DNA of 64,000 nucleotides from Malacoraja senta. Lineage: Eukaryota. Shown one piece after another: positions 50,312-62,300 of the stretch (position 1 is its first letter; the number at the start of each line of letters is the position of its first letter). A program made the position numbers and the translations under genes. The notes under the pieces are model-generated. The model searched no databases. It worked only from the letters and a program-made list of their open reading frames with translations, and was not told where the DNA came from. The DNA lies in NCBI GenBank assembly GCA_038087875.1, contig CM075989.1, forward strand, positions 1,736,001 through 1,800,000, in the 5' to 3' direction.

Positions 50312-51807
50312 GTGTAGGAAGGAACTGCAGATTTTGGTTTAAACTGAGAGATAGACACAAAATGCTGGAGTAACAGAGAAACCAGCAGCATCTCTTGACA
50401 GAAGGAATGGGAGACCCTTCTTCAGACTGAAAGTCACAGGATAAGGAGCAAGAGATATATAGACAATGATGTGGGGAGATATAGAATAAATGAATGAAAA
50501 ACATGCAAAAAAAGTAACAATGATAAAGGAAACAGACCATTGTTAGCTGTTTGCTAGGTGTGAACGAAAAGCTGGTGTGACATGGCTGGGGGAGAGATTG
50601 AGGGAGAGGGAATTCAGTGGTTACTTGAAGTTAGATAAATCAATATTCATACCAGTTTGAAGAAGGGTCTTGACCCAAAACGTCACCCATTCCTTCTCTC
50701 CAGAGATGCTGCCTGTCCCGCTGAGTTACTCCAGCATTTTGTGTTTACCTTCTATTTAAACCAGCATCTACGGTTCTTTGCTACACTTAATATTCATACC
50801 TCTGGGTTGTAAGCAAAATATGAGATGCTGTTCCTCCAATTTGCGTTTAGCCTCACTCTGACAATGGAGGAGGCCCAGGACAGAAAGGTCAGTGTGGGAA
50901 TGGGAGGGAGAATTAGTGTTTAGCAACCGGGAGATCAGGCAGGTCCAGGTGAACTGAGCGAAGGTATTCAGCGAAACGATCGCCAGTCTACCTTTGGCCT
51001 CGCCGATGTCTAAGAGTTCACTTCTTGAACAGTAGATGAGTTTGGAGGAGGTATAAGTGAACCTCTGCCTTACCTGAAAGGACTGTCGGCGTCCCTGGAC
51101 AGAATCGAGGGAGGAGGTATAGAGACAGGTGTTGTATCTCCTGCGGTTGCAGGAGAAGGTACCTGGGGATGTGGGTGGTTTGGGTGGGATGAGTTAATTG
51201 GGGAGTTGTGGAGGGAACGGTGTCTGTGGAAGGCGGAAAGGGGTGAAGATGGGAAGATGTGACTAGTGGTGGGATCCCGTTGGAAGTGGCAAAGATGTTG
51301 GAGGATTATCTGCCGTTTGTGATGTCCAATGGGGTGAAAGGTCAGGATTAGGGGGACTCTGCCTCCGTTGCGACTAGGTGGAGGGAGAGCAAGGACGGAG
51401 CTGCGAGGTACCGAGGAAACATGTGTGAGGGCCTCATCTATGATGGAAGAGAGGGACCCCCATTCCCTAAAGAATGAGGACATCTTGGATGTCCTGGTAT
51501 GGAACACCTCATCTTGGGTGCAGATGCCGCGTAGACAGAGGAATTTGGAGTTGGGAATAGAGTCTTTGCAGACAGCAAGGTGGGAAGTAGTGTAGTCGAG
51601 ATAGTTGTAGGAGGTTTGTAATGGACGTCAGTCGATAGTCAAAGGTAGACACAAAATGCTGGAGTAACTCAACGGGACAGGCAGCATCCTGGAGTAACTC
51701 AGCGATAGTCTATTTGTGATGGAGATGGTGAGATCACGAAAAGGGAGGGAGGTGTCGGAGTTGGTCCAAGTGAATTTGAGTGAAGGATGGAAATTGGTGG
51801 TGAGGTC
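50312..51807 (-). mobile_element. 5'-truncated PLE (RT C-terminus and GIY-YIG) carrying nested PLE tails, inserted in a CR1 3' end
   Basis: TNFHPSLKFTW, MSSFFRE.G, VPLILTFHP; nested tails at 50655-50787 and 51635-51700. Confidence 0.88.
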
Positions 51808-52652
51808 AATGTACCTATCTAATTGTTTCTTAAAAATTGCACTCTGCATCTTAAATATTGACTTTGTGCATCTCAAGATTTTATACACCTCTATAAAGGT
51901 TCTCTACTCATCCTCCTGTGCCTCAGGGAATAGAGACCCAGTCTACTCAACCTCTCCCTGTAGCTCAGACCCTCAAGACCTGGCAACATCCTTGTAAATC
52001 TTCTCTGCACCCTTTCCACGTTAATAATATATTTCCTATTACATGGTGCCCAGAACTACAATATTCTAAAAGCGGCCTCGCCAACATCTTATACAACTGC
52101 CACATGACCTCCCAACTTCTAAACTCAATAATTCTACCCCCTGTCTCTCTCCTCCATTGTAGTGAGCATCAGGGATGTACATTTGTACACATCAGGGACA
52201 ACTTGTCCCTTGTGAGTTGTGAGTACAATGTTTAGGTGACACACCAGTTGCTAGGAAATCACAAGTTAGAAAAGAGAAACAAAATGTCTTGCAATTATGA
52301 CAAGCCTTTTGTGATTTAAAGACAACCTGACATGCTTTACAATCAACAATTTTGTGTTTGATGTGTTGCTGCTATTATAACTAAGAGAACCCTGTGGTCA
52401 CTTTGTGGCCAGCAAGGCCCACAAACAACAATGAGATACAAAGAAAGGTAATCATTTTCTCCAATGTCCATTGTTACTCAGCACTATGATAATGTCTAAA
52501 GAGGGATCTTACAGTCATAGACATAGAGTGATACAGTGTGGAAACAGGCCCTTTGGCCCAACTTGCCCACACCAGCCAACATGTCCCAGATACACTTGCC
52601 CCACCTGCCTGTGTTTGACCCATATCCCTCCAAACCTGTCCTATCCATGTAC

Positions 52653-52793
52653 ATCTTCTTCTTGCGTATGGCGTGCACAGCCTAAAGTTGTAGGACAACT
52701 TGTTCTATTTGATCTTATTTGATTGTGCATGCTGGGTTGATTGCATTCGTCGAAACAGGGTGGACCACGTGAAGGTTGCCATCTTCCACCCCC
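52653..52793 (-). mobile_element. Short retroposon 3' end with (GAA)n tail (possibly RTE-type), 10-bp TSD
   Basis: TSD ATCCATGTAC at 52643-52652 and 52794-52803, inside minus-strand CR1 52515-53000. Confidence 0.7.
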
Positions 52794-53649
52794 ATCCATG
52801 TACCTGTCTAACTGTAGTCCCAGCCACAACTACCTCATCCGGCAGCTTGTTCCATACACTGTGTGAAAAAGTTACTCTTCAGATTCCTATTAAATCGTTC
52901 CCCCTTCACCTTAAACCTTTGTCCTCTGGTCCTCGATTCCCGTACTCTGGGCAAGAAACTCTGCACATCTACCCGATCTATTCCTCTCATGATTTTATAC
53001 TTTGACCTGATCTTGACCCGAAACGTCACTTCCTCCTTTTCTCCAGTGATGCTGCCTGATCCCCTGAGTTACTCCAGCCTTTTCTGTCTATCGTCAACAC
53101 TCTCCCTTCCCTCCGTGGCTGTAGCCTGTAGCAGCGGGAGAATGAAGACTCACTCCCCATCAGTCCAGAGGGCAGTGGAGAGCACACCATGTGGCTTTTG
53201 ACAAGAACCGTAGTGGTTGTGATTGGTACCTGGTCCAGTTGCAATACACCTCAGCTCTGCTTTGGTACAACTTTTACCCAACTTCACACGTTTTTGCAGT
53301 GCAATTAGGATGTTAAAAATTGTTGCAATCCAATATAAAGGCAGCTGCTTTTGTATCATAGAACCTGACTCCTCCTTAAAGAATCAAATTTCCATGCCGT
53401 TAGTGCAGGTTGTGGGGGTAAGAGATCACGGAGGAGGATTTGTGGTTCAGGCTAGATTCTCTGTTCTCATTGCTCTACTGAAAACTGTTCCTCGATATTG
53501 GTCCCATATTTTTTCTTTGCATACTGTATATGTTCTAAAGTACTACCATCGATCACCCATTCACACTAATTCTATGTTATCCCACTTTCCAATCCATTCC
53601 CACAAACTAGGGACAATCTTTCAGCTTACAATTAACCTTGGATAAGCTA

Positions 53650-54050
53650 GGGTAGCTTACAACCCATGGGTATGAATATTCACTTCTCTAACTTCAAGTA
53701 CCCCTTGTTTTCTCTCTTTCTCCATCCCTCCCTCATCCTAGTTCTGCAACCTGTTTGACTGACCTTCTGATTAATTTTTTTCTTTGTGTGTCTCAGTGTC
53801 ACCTTCCTCTAGTTAACAATATCTATTCTTCATTTTCCTTGAACTTCGTCCCCTTTCTTCCCTCATTTTCACACCTTATCCTTCTATATCTCTGTGTCTC
53901 CCTCTCCCCTGACTCCCAGTCTGAAGAAGGGTCTTGGTCCGAAACGTCACCCATTCCTTCTCCCCAGAGATGCTGCCTGTCCCGCTGAGTTTCTCCTGTA
54001 TTTTGTGTCTATCTTCGGTGTAAACCAGCATCTGCAGTTCCTTCCTACAC
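53650..54050 (+). mobile_element. PLE 3' end with intact hammerhead motif
   Basis: CTGAAGAAGGGTCTTGGTCCGAAACGTC at about 53921-53948. Confidence 0.85.
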
Positions 54051-54489
54051 AATTAACCTACAAACCCGCACGTATTTGTGATGTGGGAGGAAACCAGAGG
54101 AAACACATGCGGTCACAGGGAGAACGTATAAACTCCACACAGGCAGCACCCGAGATCGGGATCGAACCTGCATGCGTGGTGCTGTGAGGAAGCAGCTCTA
54201 TCAGCTGCACCTCTGTGCCATTAAGGCTGGAGATTTGAGAATCTCTGCAATAATCTCAGAATCGAGCTCTGGGACAGTAGGGATCAGTTAGTCACGACAC
54301 ACACTCTCCCACAATGCGGCTGCCTGCATTGCTCTATCCTACCTAGTTACAATTGACCATGGCACCGATATAGAAACATAGAAACATAGAAAATAGGTGC
54401 AGGAGAAGGCCATTCGGCCCTTCGAGCCTGCACCGCCATTCAATATGATCATGGCTGATCATCCAACTCAGAGCCCACCAGTAGTGGTC

Positions 54490-54780
54490 TTTAGTTTAGT
54501 TGAATTTAGAGATGCAGTGTAGAAAGAGGCCCTTCGGCCCACCGAGTCCATGCTGACCAGTGATCCCCACACACTAACACTATTCTACACACACTTGGAA
54601 CAATGATACAATTTTACCGAGCCAATTAACTTACAAACCTGTACGTCTTTGTGATGTGGGAGGAAACCGGAGCACCTGGAGAAAACCCGCGCAGGTGATG
54701 GTGACAAGGTACAGATAGCTCTTGTGGTCAGGATCGGATCTGGGTCTCTGGCGCTGCAAGGCAGCAACTCTACCGCTGCA
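54490..54780 (-). mobile_element. HE1-like V-SINE
   Basis: Core and (CTAAA)n tail. Confidence 0.85.
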
Positions 54781-55216
54781 TTTACAGGTTTGTTTTTCAT
54801 GGTTCAATTGGATGCCATGGAATGTGTATAATTCAGCATCCGACCAAGGGATTGGCTGGGGCATTGTATCTGGACTTTGTAATGGGAAAGACATGCTGTT
54901 GATGAAACATTTCCATCTGATGTTTCCACTAAAATATGAATACATCACAACCCCTCTGAAAGTTAAATGACGTCACTGGACCCGATTGTCTTTCTGCATG
55001 TGATGTTTTCAGACCTTCACAAAACTCGTGTTGTAGAGTATTCCCATGTATGGATGTTTTTTAAAAAGTCTTTCATGGGATGTGGGTTTTGCAGCCTAAG
55101 CCAGCATTGAATTGCCCATCCATAACTGTCCTCGAAAAGGAGGTGGTGAACAGCCTTCCTGACGTGTGGGTATATCCACTATGGGGTCAGGGAGAGAGTT
55201 CCATGATTTCAAGTGA

Positions 55217-55420
55217 CGGCACGGTAGAGCTGCTGCCTCACAGAACCAGAGTCCTGAGTTCGATCCTGACTACGGGTGCTGTCTGTACGGAGTTTGTACG
55301 TTCTTCCCGTGACCTGCGTGGGTTTTCTCTGGGATCTCCAGTTTCCTCCCACACTCCAATGACGTACAGGTTTGTAGGTTAATTGGCTTCATTAAAAATA
55401 AATTGTAAATTGTCCCTAGT
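55217..55420 (+). mobile_element. HE1-like V-SINE (3'-truncated)
   Basis: B box and core. Confidence 0.82.
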
Positions 55421-55747
55421 GGAACGAGAAGGTATTTCCGAGTCAGGATGGTGTGTGGCATGGAGGCCAACCTCCACCCACCAGTCTCCTTGCTTTTGCT
55501 ACTCTTATCCTTCCAGCTGGTAGAGGTCGTGCTTTGTAAGTGTGGTTTCAAGAGACTCTGTGCTTTGCTGCTGTGCATGCTGTCGATGGTACAAACTGCT
55601 GCTACTGTATATTAGGAAGATACACACAAAATGCTCCAGTAATTCAGCGGGTCAGGCACCATCTCTGGGGAAAAGGAATAGGTGATGTTTTGGGTCAACA
55701 CCTTTCCTCTGGCTCTTTAGTGGTGTGGTGAGTGCTTAGTTGTAGCT

Positions 55748-56062
55748 TTAGTTTAGTTTAGTTTAGTTTAGAGATACAGCACGGAAACAAGCTCTTCGAC
55801 CCACCGAGTCCACACTGACCAGAAATCCCTGCACATTTTACACTATCCTAAACACACTAGGGACAATTTACACTTATCCAAGCCAATCAAACATGCAGGA
55901 GGAAGTCTCGGAGAAAATCTCGGAGAAGACCCATGCGGTCACGGAGAGAACGTTCAAACTCCGTACAGACAGCTCCTGTAGTTGGGATTGAACCCGGGTC
56001 TCCGGCGCTGCAAGAGCTGCAATGCAGCAACTCTACCGCTGCTCCACTGCTCCACCGTGCCA
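55748..56062 (-). mobile_element. HE1-like V-SINE
   Basis: B box and (CTAAA)n tail. Confidence 0.82.
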
Positions 56063-56890
56063 ACCTAAATAGGATGCCCATCAAGTGGGCTGCTATGTCC
56101 TGTTGCTGACAAGCCTCTCTGTGTGTTGTTGAAGGTGCACTCATCCAGGCAAGTGAAGAGTGTTGCAGCACCACACTCCTGTCTTGAGCCTTGCTGATGG
56201 TGCACAGGTCTGGGGAGTGAGGAGATCAGATACTTACCCCAGGATTCCCAGCCTCTGACCTGCTCTAGTGGACACATTGTGTTTATGACTCCAGTCCAGT
56301 TCTGGTCAACAGTAACCCCCAGGATATTGGCAGTGAGGGATTCAGTGATGGGAATGCCAGGGGGGTGATAGATAGGTTATATTTGTTGAATATTGTCATT
56401 GTCAGGTACACATGTGGCACAAATGGTAAATGCAGTCCAGGACTAGATGTTGTCCTGGTCTTACTGCATTCGTAGCATGCTTGATAAGCTGCGAGTCATA
56501 TGATATACCTGCACTGTATCCTGATGTGTCTGGTTAGACCAGAGACTCCCAGGACTGGAAGGTCTCTACCAATACATGTGCATAGTTTGAGTGTTTGACC
56601 TTTTGTAAATTAACCCGCCACATCTTGATGTTTATTTGTGAGTCCTAATGTATTTGTTTAGACACCACACATGTTCTCATCAGGTTCCTTGCAAAGTTTA
56701 ATGTATCTTTTCACAGAAGCAATCATGTGGGGTTGCCATAGCAGAGTGAGGGTCAGGCATCCCAGAGACTTGTTTCATTGTGCGGACTCTGGATAAGAAA
56801 TGGGGAAGAGTGCAGCACCAGTACAACACAAACCAAGTCATCCCATTCTCATCATTTACTTTTCAAATTTTTGATTCAATAGAAAACAAC

Positions 56891-58600
56891 TAATATATTT
56901 GTTTCAAGCGACCCCAATATATATTCTGAAATATTTTTTCAAAAAACTAGATTCTAATATCACTAATTTTATATGGGATTATAGAGCACACAGAATTCAA
57001 CGAAAGCATTTGTGTAAACCTAATGAAGCGGGGGGTTTATCACTACCTAACTTTACGTATTACTACTGGGCAGTGCATATTAAGAACATAATGTACTGGT
57101 TGGATAGTTCAACTCACCAGTCGGAGTGGATAAGAATGGAAAAAGAGGAGTGTTTCCCGTACGATATAGGAACGATCTTGTTCTCACCAATAAAATTGAA
57201 TAGTATAATATATAAGAAGAACCCAATTATTCACAATACAATAAGAATTTGGAAACAAATAAAATTATCCTTGAAATTAAATAATCTATCAGTATTAACC
57301 CCAATTCTGAATAATCCTGCATTCAAACCATCTCTTATCGACAAAACATATAAACAATGGGATAGATTGAGGATTAGGAAAGTAGGAGATATGTATGAAC
57401 TGGGCAAATTGTTATCATTTCAACAATTAAAATTAAAATTTAAACTGAATGATAATCAATATTTTAAATATATACAGATATGTGACCTTATGAAGAAATA
57501 TATACATAGATTTCAAACTATATTTTTAGACCCTTTAGAAGAAGCAATGAATATTAAGGCTGATTCACAAAAACTAATATCATATTTTTATAATAGTATA
57601 TTAAATAGAGAATTACCCTCAACAGAGGCACTAAGAGAAGATTGGGAACATGAACTAATGATAAAGATCCCGAAAGATAGATGGGAAAAGTATCTGATGA
57701 ATACACATAATTGTTCCATTAATGCAAGACATAATTTAATTCAATTTAAATTATTACATAGACTATATTATTCAAAAACGAGGTTGAATAAATTTTACCC
57801 AAATGTCTCTCCCAGATGCGATAAATGTTTGTTTCAAAATGCCAATATAACACATTCATTTGTAGGATGTACAAAGTTGAATACATTTTGGAGCGATATA
57901 TTTGATATATTTACAAAGCTCTTCAAGTCAAGAATAGAACCTAATATGGAATGGATTATATTTGGAATAACATTAGAAGATATTAATTTAAACAAAGACC
58001 AAAAAGTATTCTTTAATTATGGGTTAATAATTGGAAAGAAATTGATACTTAAATTTTGGAAAAATACAGCTATACCAACTATTAAAATGTGGATTAGGAA
58101 TATGACGGACATAGCACACCGTGAAGAAATGAGACTCCGCCTAATAGATAAATATGACCAATTCTTAAGGAGTTGGTCCCCTTTCATCGACTTTTTGGAA
58201 TCATCTGATGCAGCAGTACTGTAAAGATTACTGATTTCAGGTCAGGTCGTGGATAGATTTACATCTCCAAACAAAGATTTGAAAATTTCTTTTTTAAGGG
58301 TCTTTTTCTACTATTTCTACTTTCTATTTTTTCTTTTCTTATATACACACTTCACATTTTTCTATATTCTACTATTTATTTTTCCTCTTTCTTTTCTCTA
58401 TTTTTTTCTTTCCTTTTTTTTTTTTTTTTACCTCCTTTTCAAAAACATAATACTAGAGGTTGTACATAGAATGCATTACGTTATGACATAGTTGGCACCT
58501 AAAATTAGGTGCCACTGTATTGTTTTGTATTGTATTAACTTCTAATAAAATAAAAATAAAAAAATTAAAAATTTAAAAAAAAATTAAAAAAATAAAAAAT
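56891..58600 (+). mobile_element. 5'-truncated L1-clade LINE (ORF2 C-terminus open, 3'UTR, A-rich tail, 8-bp TSD)
   Basis: GGLSLPNF..YYWA, QFKLLHRLY, CDKC...HSFVGC; TSD AAAACAAC at 56883-56890 and 58601-58608. Confidence 0.92.
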
Positions 58601-59004
58601 AAAACAACCTGTTTCAAGAAAGGATAGTGGTATCTCATCCACTAAAGTCTGTCACAATCTTCACCACACGGGTCAGTGTAGGGACGATCATACTGTGAAG
58701 AATATTGCTCCTGAGAAGCAGGCAAGACATACCAATCTGCAGTTATTGACCAATGGGCAGACCCAGATAGACAAGTAGCATGGATGAGTTGGGCCGAAGG
58801 GCCTGTTTCTGAGGACGGCTTAATTGTAATCATATATCGTCTTTCTGCTGACTGAATAACACGCAAATAAACAAACAAACAAACAAAATATGAAATCTAT
58901 TTACTATACTTCAGTACACGTGACAATAATCTAAACTAAGCCAAACTGTGTTCCATGACTCTCTGAAGTGCTGTGGTCCTACAGGTGACAATGTTTTAGC
59001 ATTT

Positions 59005-59305
59005 TAGTTTTTAGTTTTAGAGATACAGTGTGGAAACAGGCCCTTTGGCCCACCAACTCCGCACCAACCAACGATCCCTGCATACCAACACTATCCTACA
59101 CACACTGGGGACAATTTACAATTTTACCAAGCCAATTAACCTACAAACCTGTGTGTCTTTGGAGTGTGGGAGGAAACCAAAGATCTTGGAGAAAACCCAC
59201 TCAGGTCACGGAGAGAACGTAATACTCCGTACAGACAGCACTGGTAGTCAGGATCGAACCCGGGTCTCTGGCGCTGTAAGGCAGCAACTCTACCGCTACA
59301 CCACC
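59005..59305 (-). mobile_element. HE1-like V-SINE
   Basis: GGTTCGATCC B box, core, tail. Confidence 0.88.
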
Positions 59306-59328
59306 AATGCTCCCAATAAATTGGTGAT

Positions 59329-62300
59329 TGTAATGTTTTCATGCATATTCATGTATATGTTAATTAGTTGGTGTTATATATAAGCAGAGAATGTTGGGTA
59401 TTAAATCTCTCTTGTGATCCAGGCAACCTACGTGTAAGTTGTTATTCTTTCTGCCGTCCGGAATATAACAAAATTGTTGACGAGGAAGGGAGGGTTTGTG
59501 AACTTATCTTTTAAATACAGTGCAGGATTGTTTTGCAACATGCAGTATTGTTTAACATTTTAAACAGTAAATACGGAGTTGTGTCGCAGTTGTTTGCGAG
59601 CTGGACACGAGAGGCCACAGATCCTTCTATGCAGGGGACTGTAGTTTAAAACAGCGGCTGTACAAATCAGCAAGAGTTTGTCAGGCTATCTCTATGTTGT
59701 GTCTACGTGGCAAGATGTTGTCCTTGTGATTGTATAAGATTTTATTTTGTCGAGTTCCTCAAGCTGAATAGCCTTTGTACAGCTAAGTTTCAGGTGAATT
59801 GTTATACCAGAACAGACAGGAAATCAGGGCTTTTGAACGTACTTTAAAAAAAAAGAGAGAATGACACAATAGCAGCATCCACGGGCTAAACCTTGGCACT
59901 TTTGACAAGAGTAGAGAGCCGTTCAGCTCCTATATGGAGAGAGCAAACATGTTTTTCACGGCAAACAACATAATGGAGTTTAGTGGTGAAGGAGAGATTG
60001 TGACTGAAACAAATAAGGCCGTTTGTGAACGCATGAAAGCGATTCTGCTCACGGAGATCGGTCCTGAAGTGAATCTCCTTGCACCCTTAAAGGCAAAAGA
60101 CGTGCCATTCAATGACATTATGAAGAAGTTGGAGGAGCACTTCAACCCAAAGCCTCTGAAAATTGCAGAAAGCTATAAATTTGACACTAGAAACCGGAAG
60201 CAGAATGAGACAATCGATGAGTACATTGTTGCCTTGAAAAACATCTGTTTGCATTGTAACTCTGGAACCTTTCTTGGACGCGCACTATGCGACAGATTTG
60301 TTTGTGGTCTAGTGGATTAACGAATTCAGTCCAAACTCATGAACACTCCAGATCTTACATTCGAGAAAGCATGCAGGATTGATACCACAATGGAGATGGC
60401 ATCAAAGAATGCTCGCGAGTTTCGTCCACCACAGACTGCAGTGGCCGTTTACAGTCACAAGGCAGTGAATATGGCCAAACCAAGAGGCGCTAAACCAAAA
60501 CCGAAGTATGGCGGGGAGCCGAGTTCAGCCAGTTGTTATCGTTGCTACGGTAATCACTCATCCCAATTTTGTCAGTTCAAAATGGCCAAGAGCTATAACT
60601 GCCAGAAGAAAGGCCATATCGCCTCAGCATGTCGGGCCAAGCTTAAAACAGGAAACCAACAATCTGCAGGAATCAAGCGACAACACCAGAGAGAAGTTCA
60701 TAACTTGGAGGTGAACCATGATGGAAATGAACTTGCGTTGTACACCATTTATGCAACCAACATCTATAAGCCTACAACCAGCAAGGACTTTCGAACTAAA
60801 CTATTGATACATGAACAGTTAATCGATATGTGTATTGACACGGCAGCAGATTGTTCGGTCATGAGCAGAGACCTGTACGAAACAAAGTTCCCACAGATAC
60901 CATTGTTTGCGAGTAAGGTCAAGCTGAGAACCTACTCGGGCGAAGTTTTGGAGACTTGTGGACAAATGAACTGTAAAGTTCAGCATAATGGTCAGTCAGT
61001 AACACTGCCCATCATAGTAGCCAGCTACAGAAATAAACCATCCCTCCTTGGAAAGGATTGGCTGAGTAGAATAGAATTAGACTGGAAGAACATTTTTAGC
61101 ATCGATTTGTCCACATCACGTCTTGAAAACGTCATAAGCAAACATGCAAACATTTTTGCTGACAGTTACACGGAAATATCAGGGTACTCTGCACACATTC
61201 GACTTAAGCACGATGTGAGACCTGTGTATTGTCGACCAAGACCTTTACCATATGCACTAAAGCAACAAGTGGAGGAAGAACTCGACAGGTTAGAGCGGAA
61301 TGGAGTATCCATGAAGACAGACCAGAGTAACTGGGCAACGCCAATTGTGGCCGTACCCAAGGCCAACAAAACTGTTCGCCTATGTGGTGACTACAAAGTC
61401 ACAATCAATCAAGCCGCTGATGATGAACAATATCCGTTACCAACCTCGCAAGATCTGTACGCAGAACTTACGGAGCAAGAGTCTTCGCTAAACTGGATTT
61501 GTCTCACACTTATGCCCAACTCATTGTCGACAAGGAAAGTCAGCAGTACTTGACTGTCAACACACATAAGGGCTTGTATTCATATACAAAGCTGCCCCAT
61601 GGTGTGAAATCCTCCCCGAAATGTTTTCAGTCTTGTCATGGACAAGATGTTACAAGGCTTTCCGCACTGTGTGTGCAACCAGGATGACCCACTGATATTC
61701 ACAGAGGGCATGGTAGAACATCTGTAAATCCATGAGCAAGTTCTCAAACGACTGAACTGCCACAACGTCAAACTGTGACAAAGTAAATGTGCATTTGCGC
61801 AGTCAGATGTGGTCTACCTAGGACAAGGAAGATGCCAACGGACTTCGCCCTGAGAAGGCGAAAGTGGAAGCATTAGTGAATGCTCCAAAACCCAACAATG
61901 TGTCAGAGCTACGATCATTCCTTGGGATGGTGCAGTTCTATTCACGATTCCTTCCAGATTTAGTAACTGTGCTAAAGCCACTACATCATCTGCTACAAAA
62001 AGATGTGAAATGGACGTGGGGAAAGGAACAGCAACGTGCATTTGACATCTGCAAGGAAAACTTGACAATTGACAAATTCCTTGTTCACTACGACACAACA
62101 CGTGAGATGAAGCTTGCTTGTGATGCTTCAAGTTATGGTGTAGATGCAGTGATCTCCCACGTAATGAATGACGGACAGGAAAAGCCTATTGCTTTTGCAT
62201 CCCGCACCCTATCACCAAGTGAACGCAACTATGCACAAATAGAAAAGGAAGCACTCAGCATCGTGTTCGGAATCAAGAAATTCCATCAGTCTCTTCTCGG

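Noticed and set aside
58249..58491. Phe-rich membrane-like ORF
   Set aside because: T-rich L1 3'UTR
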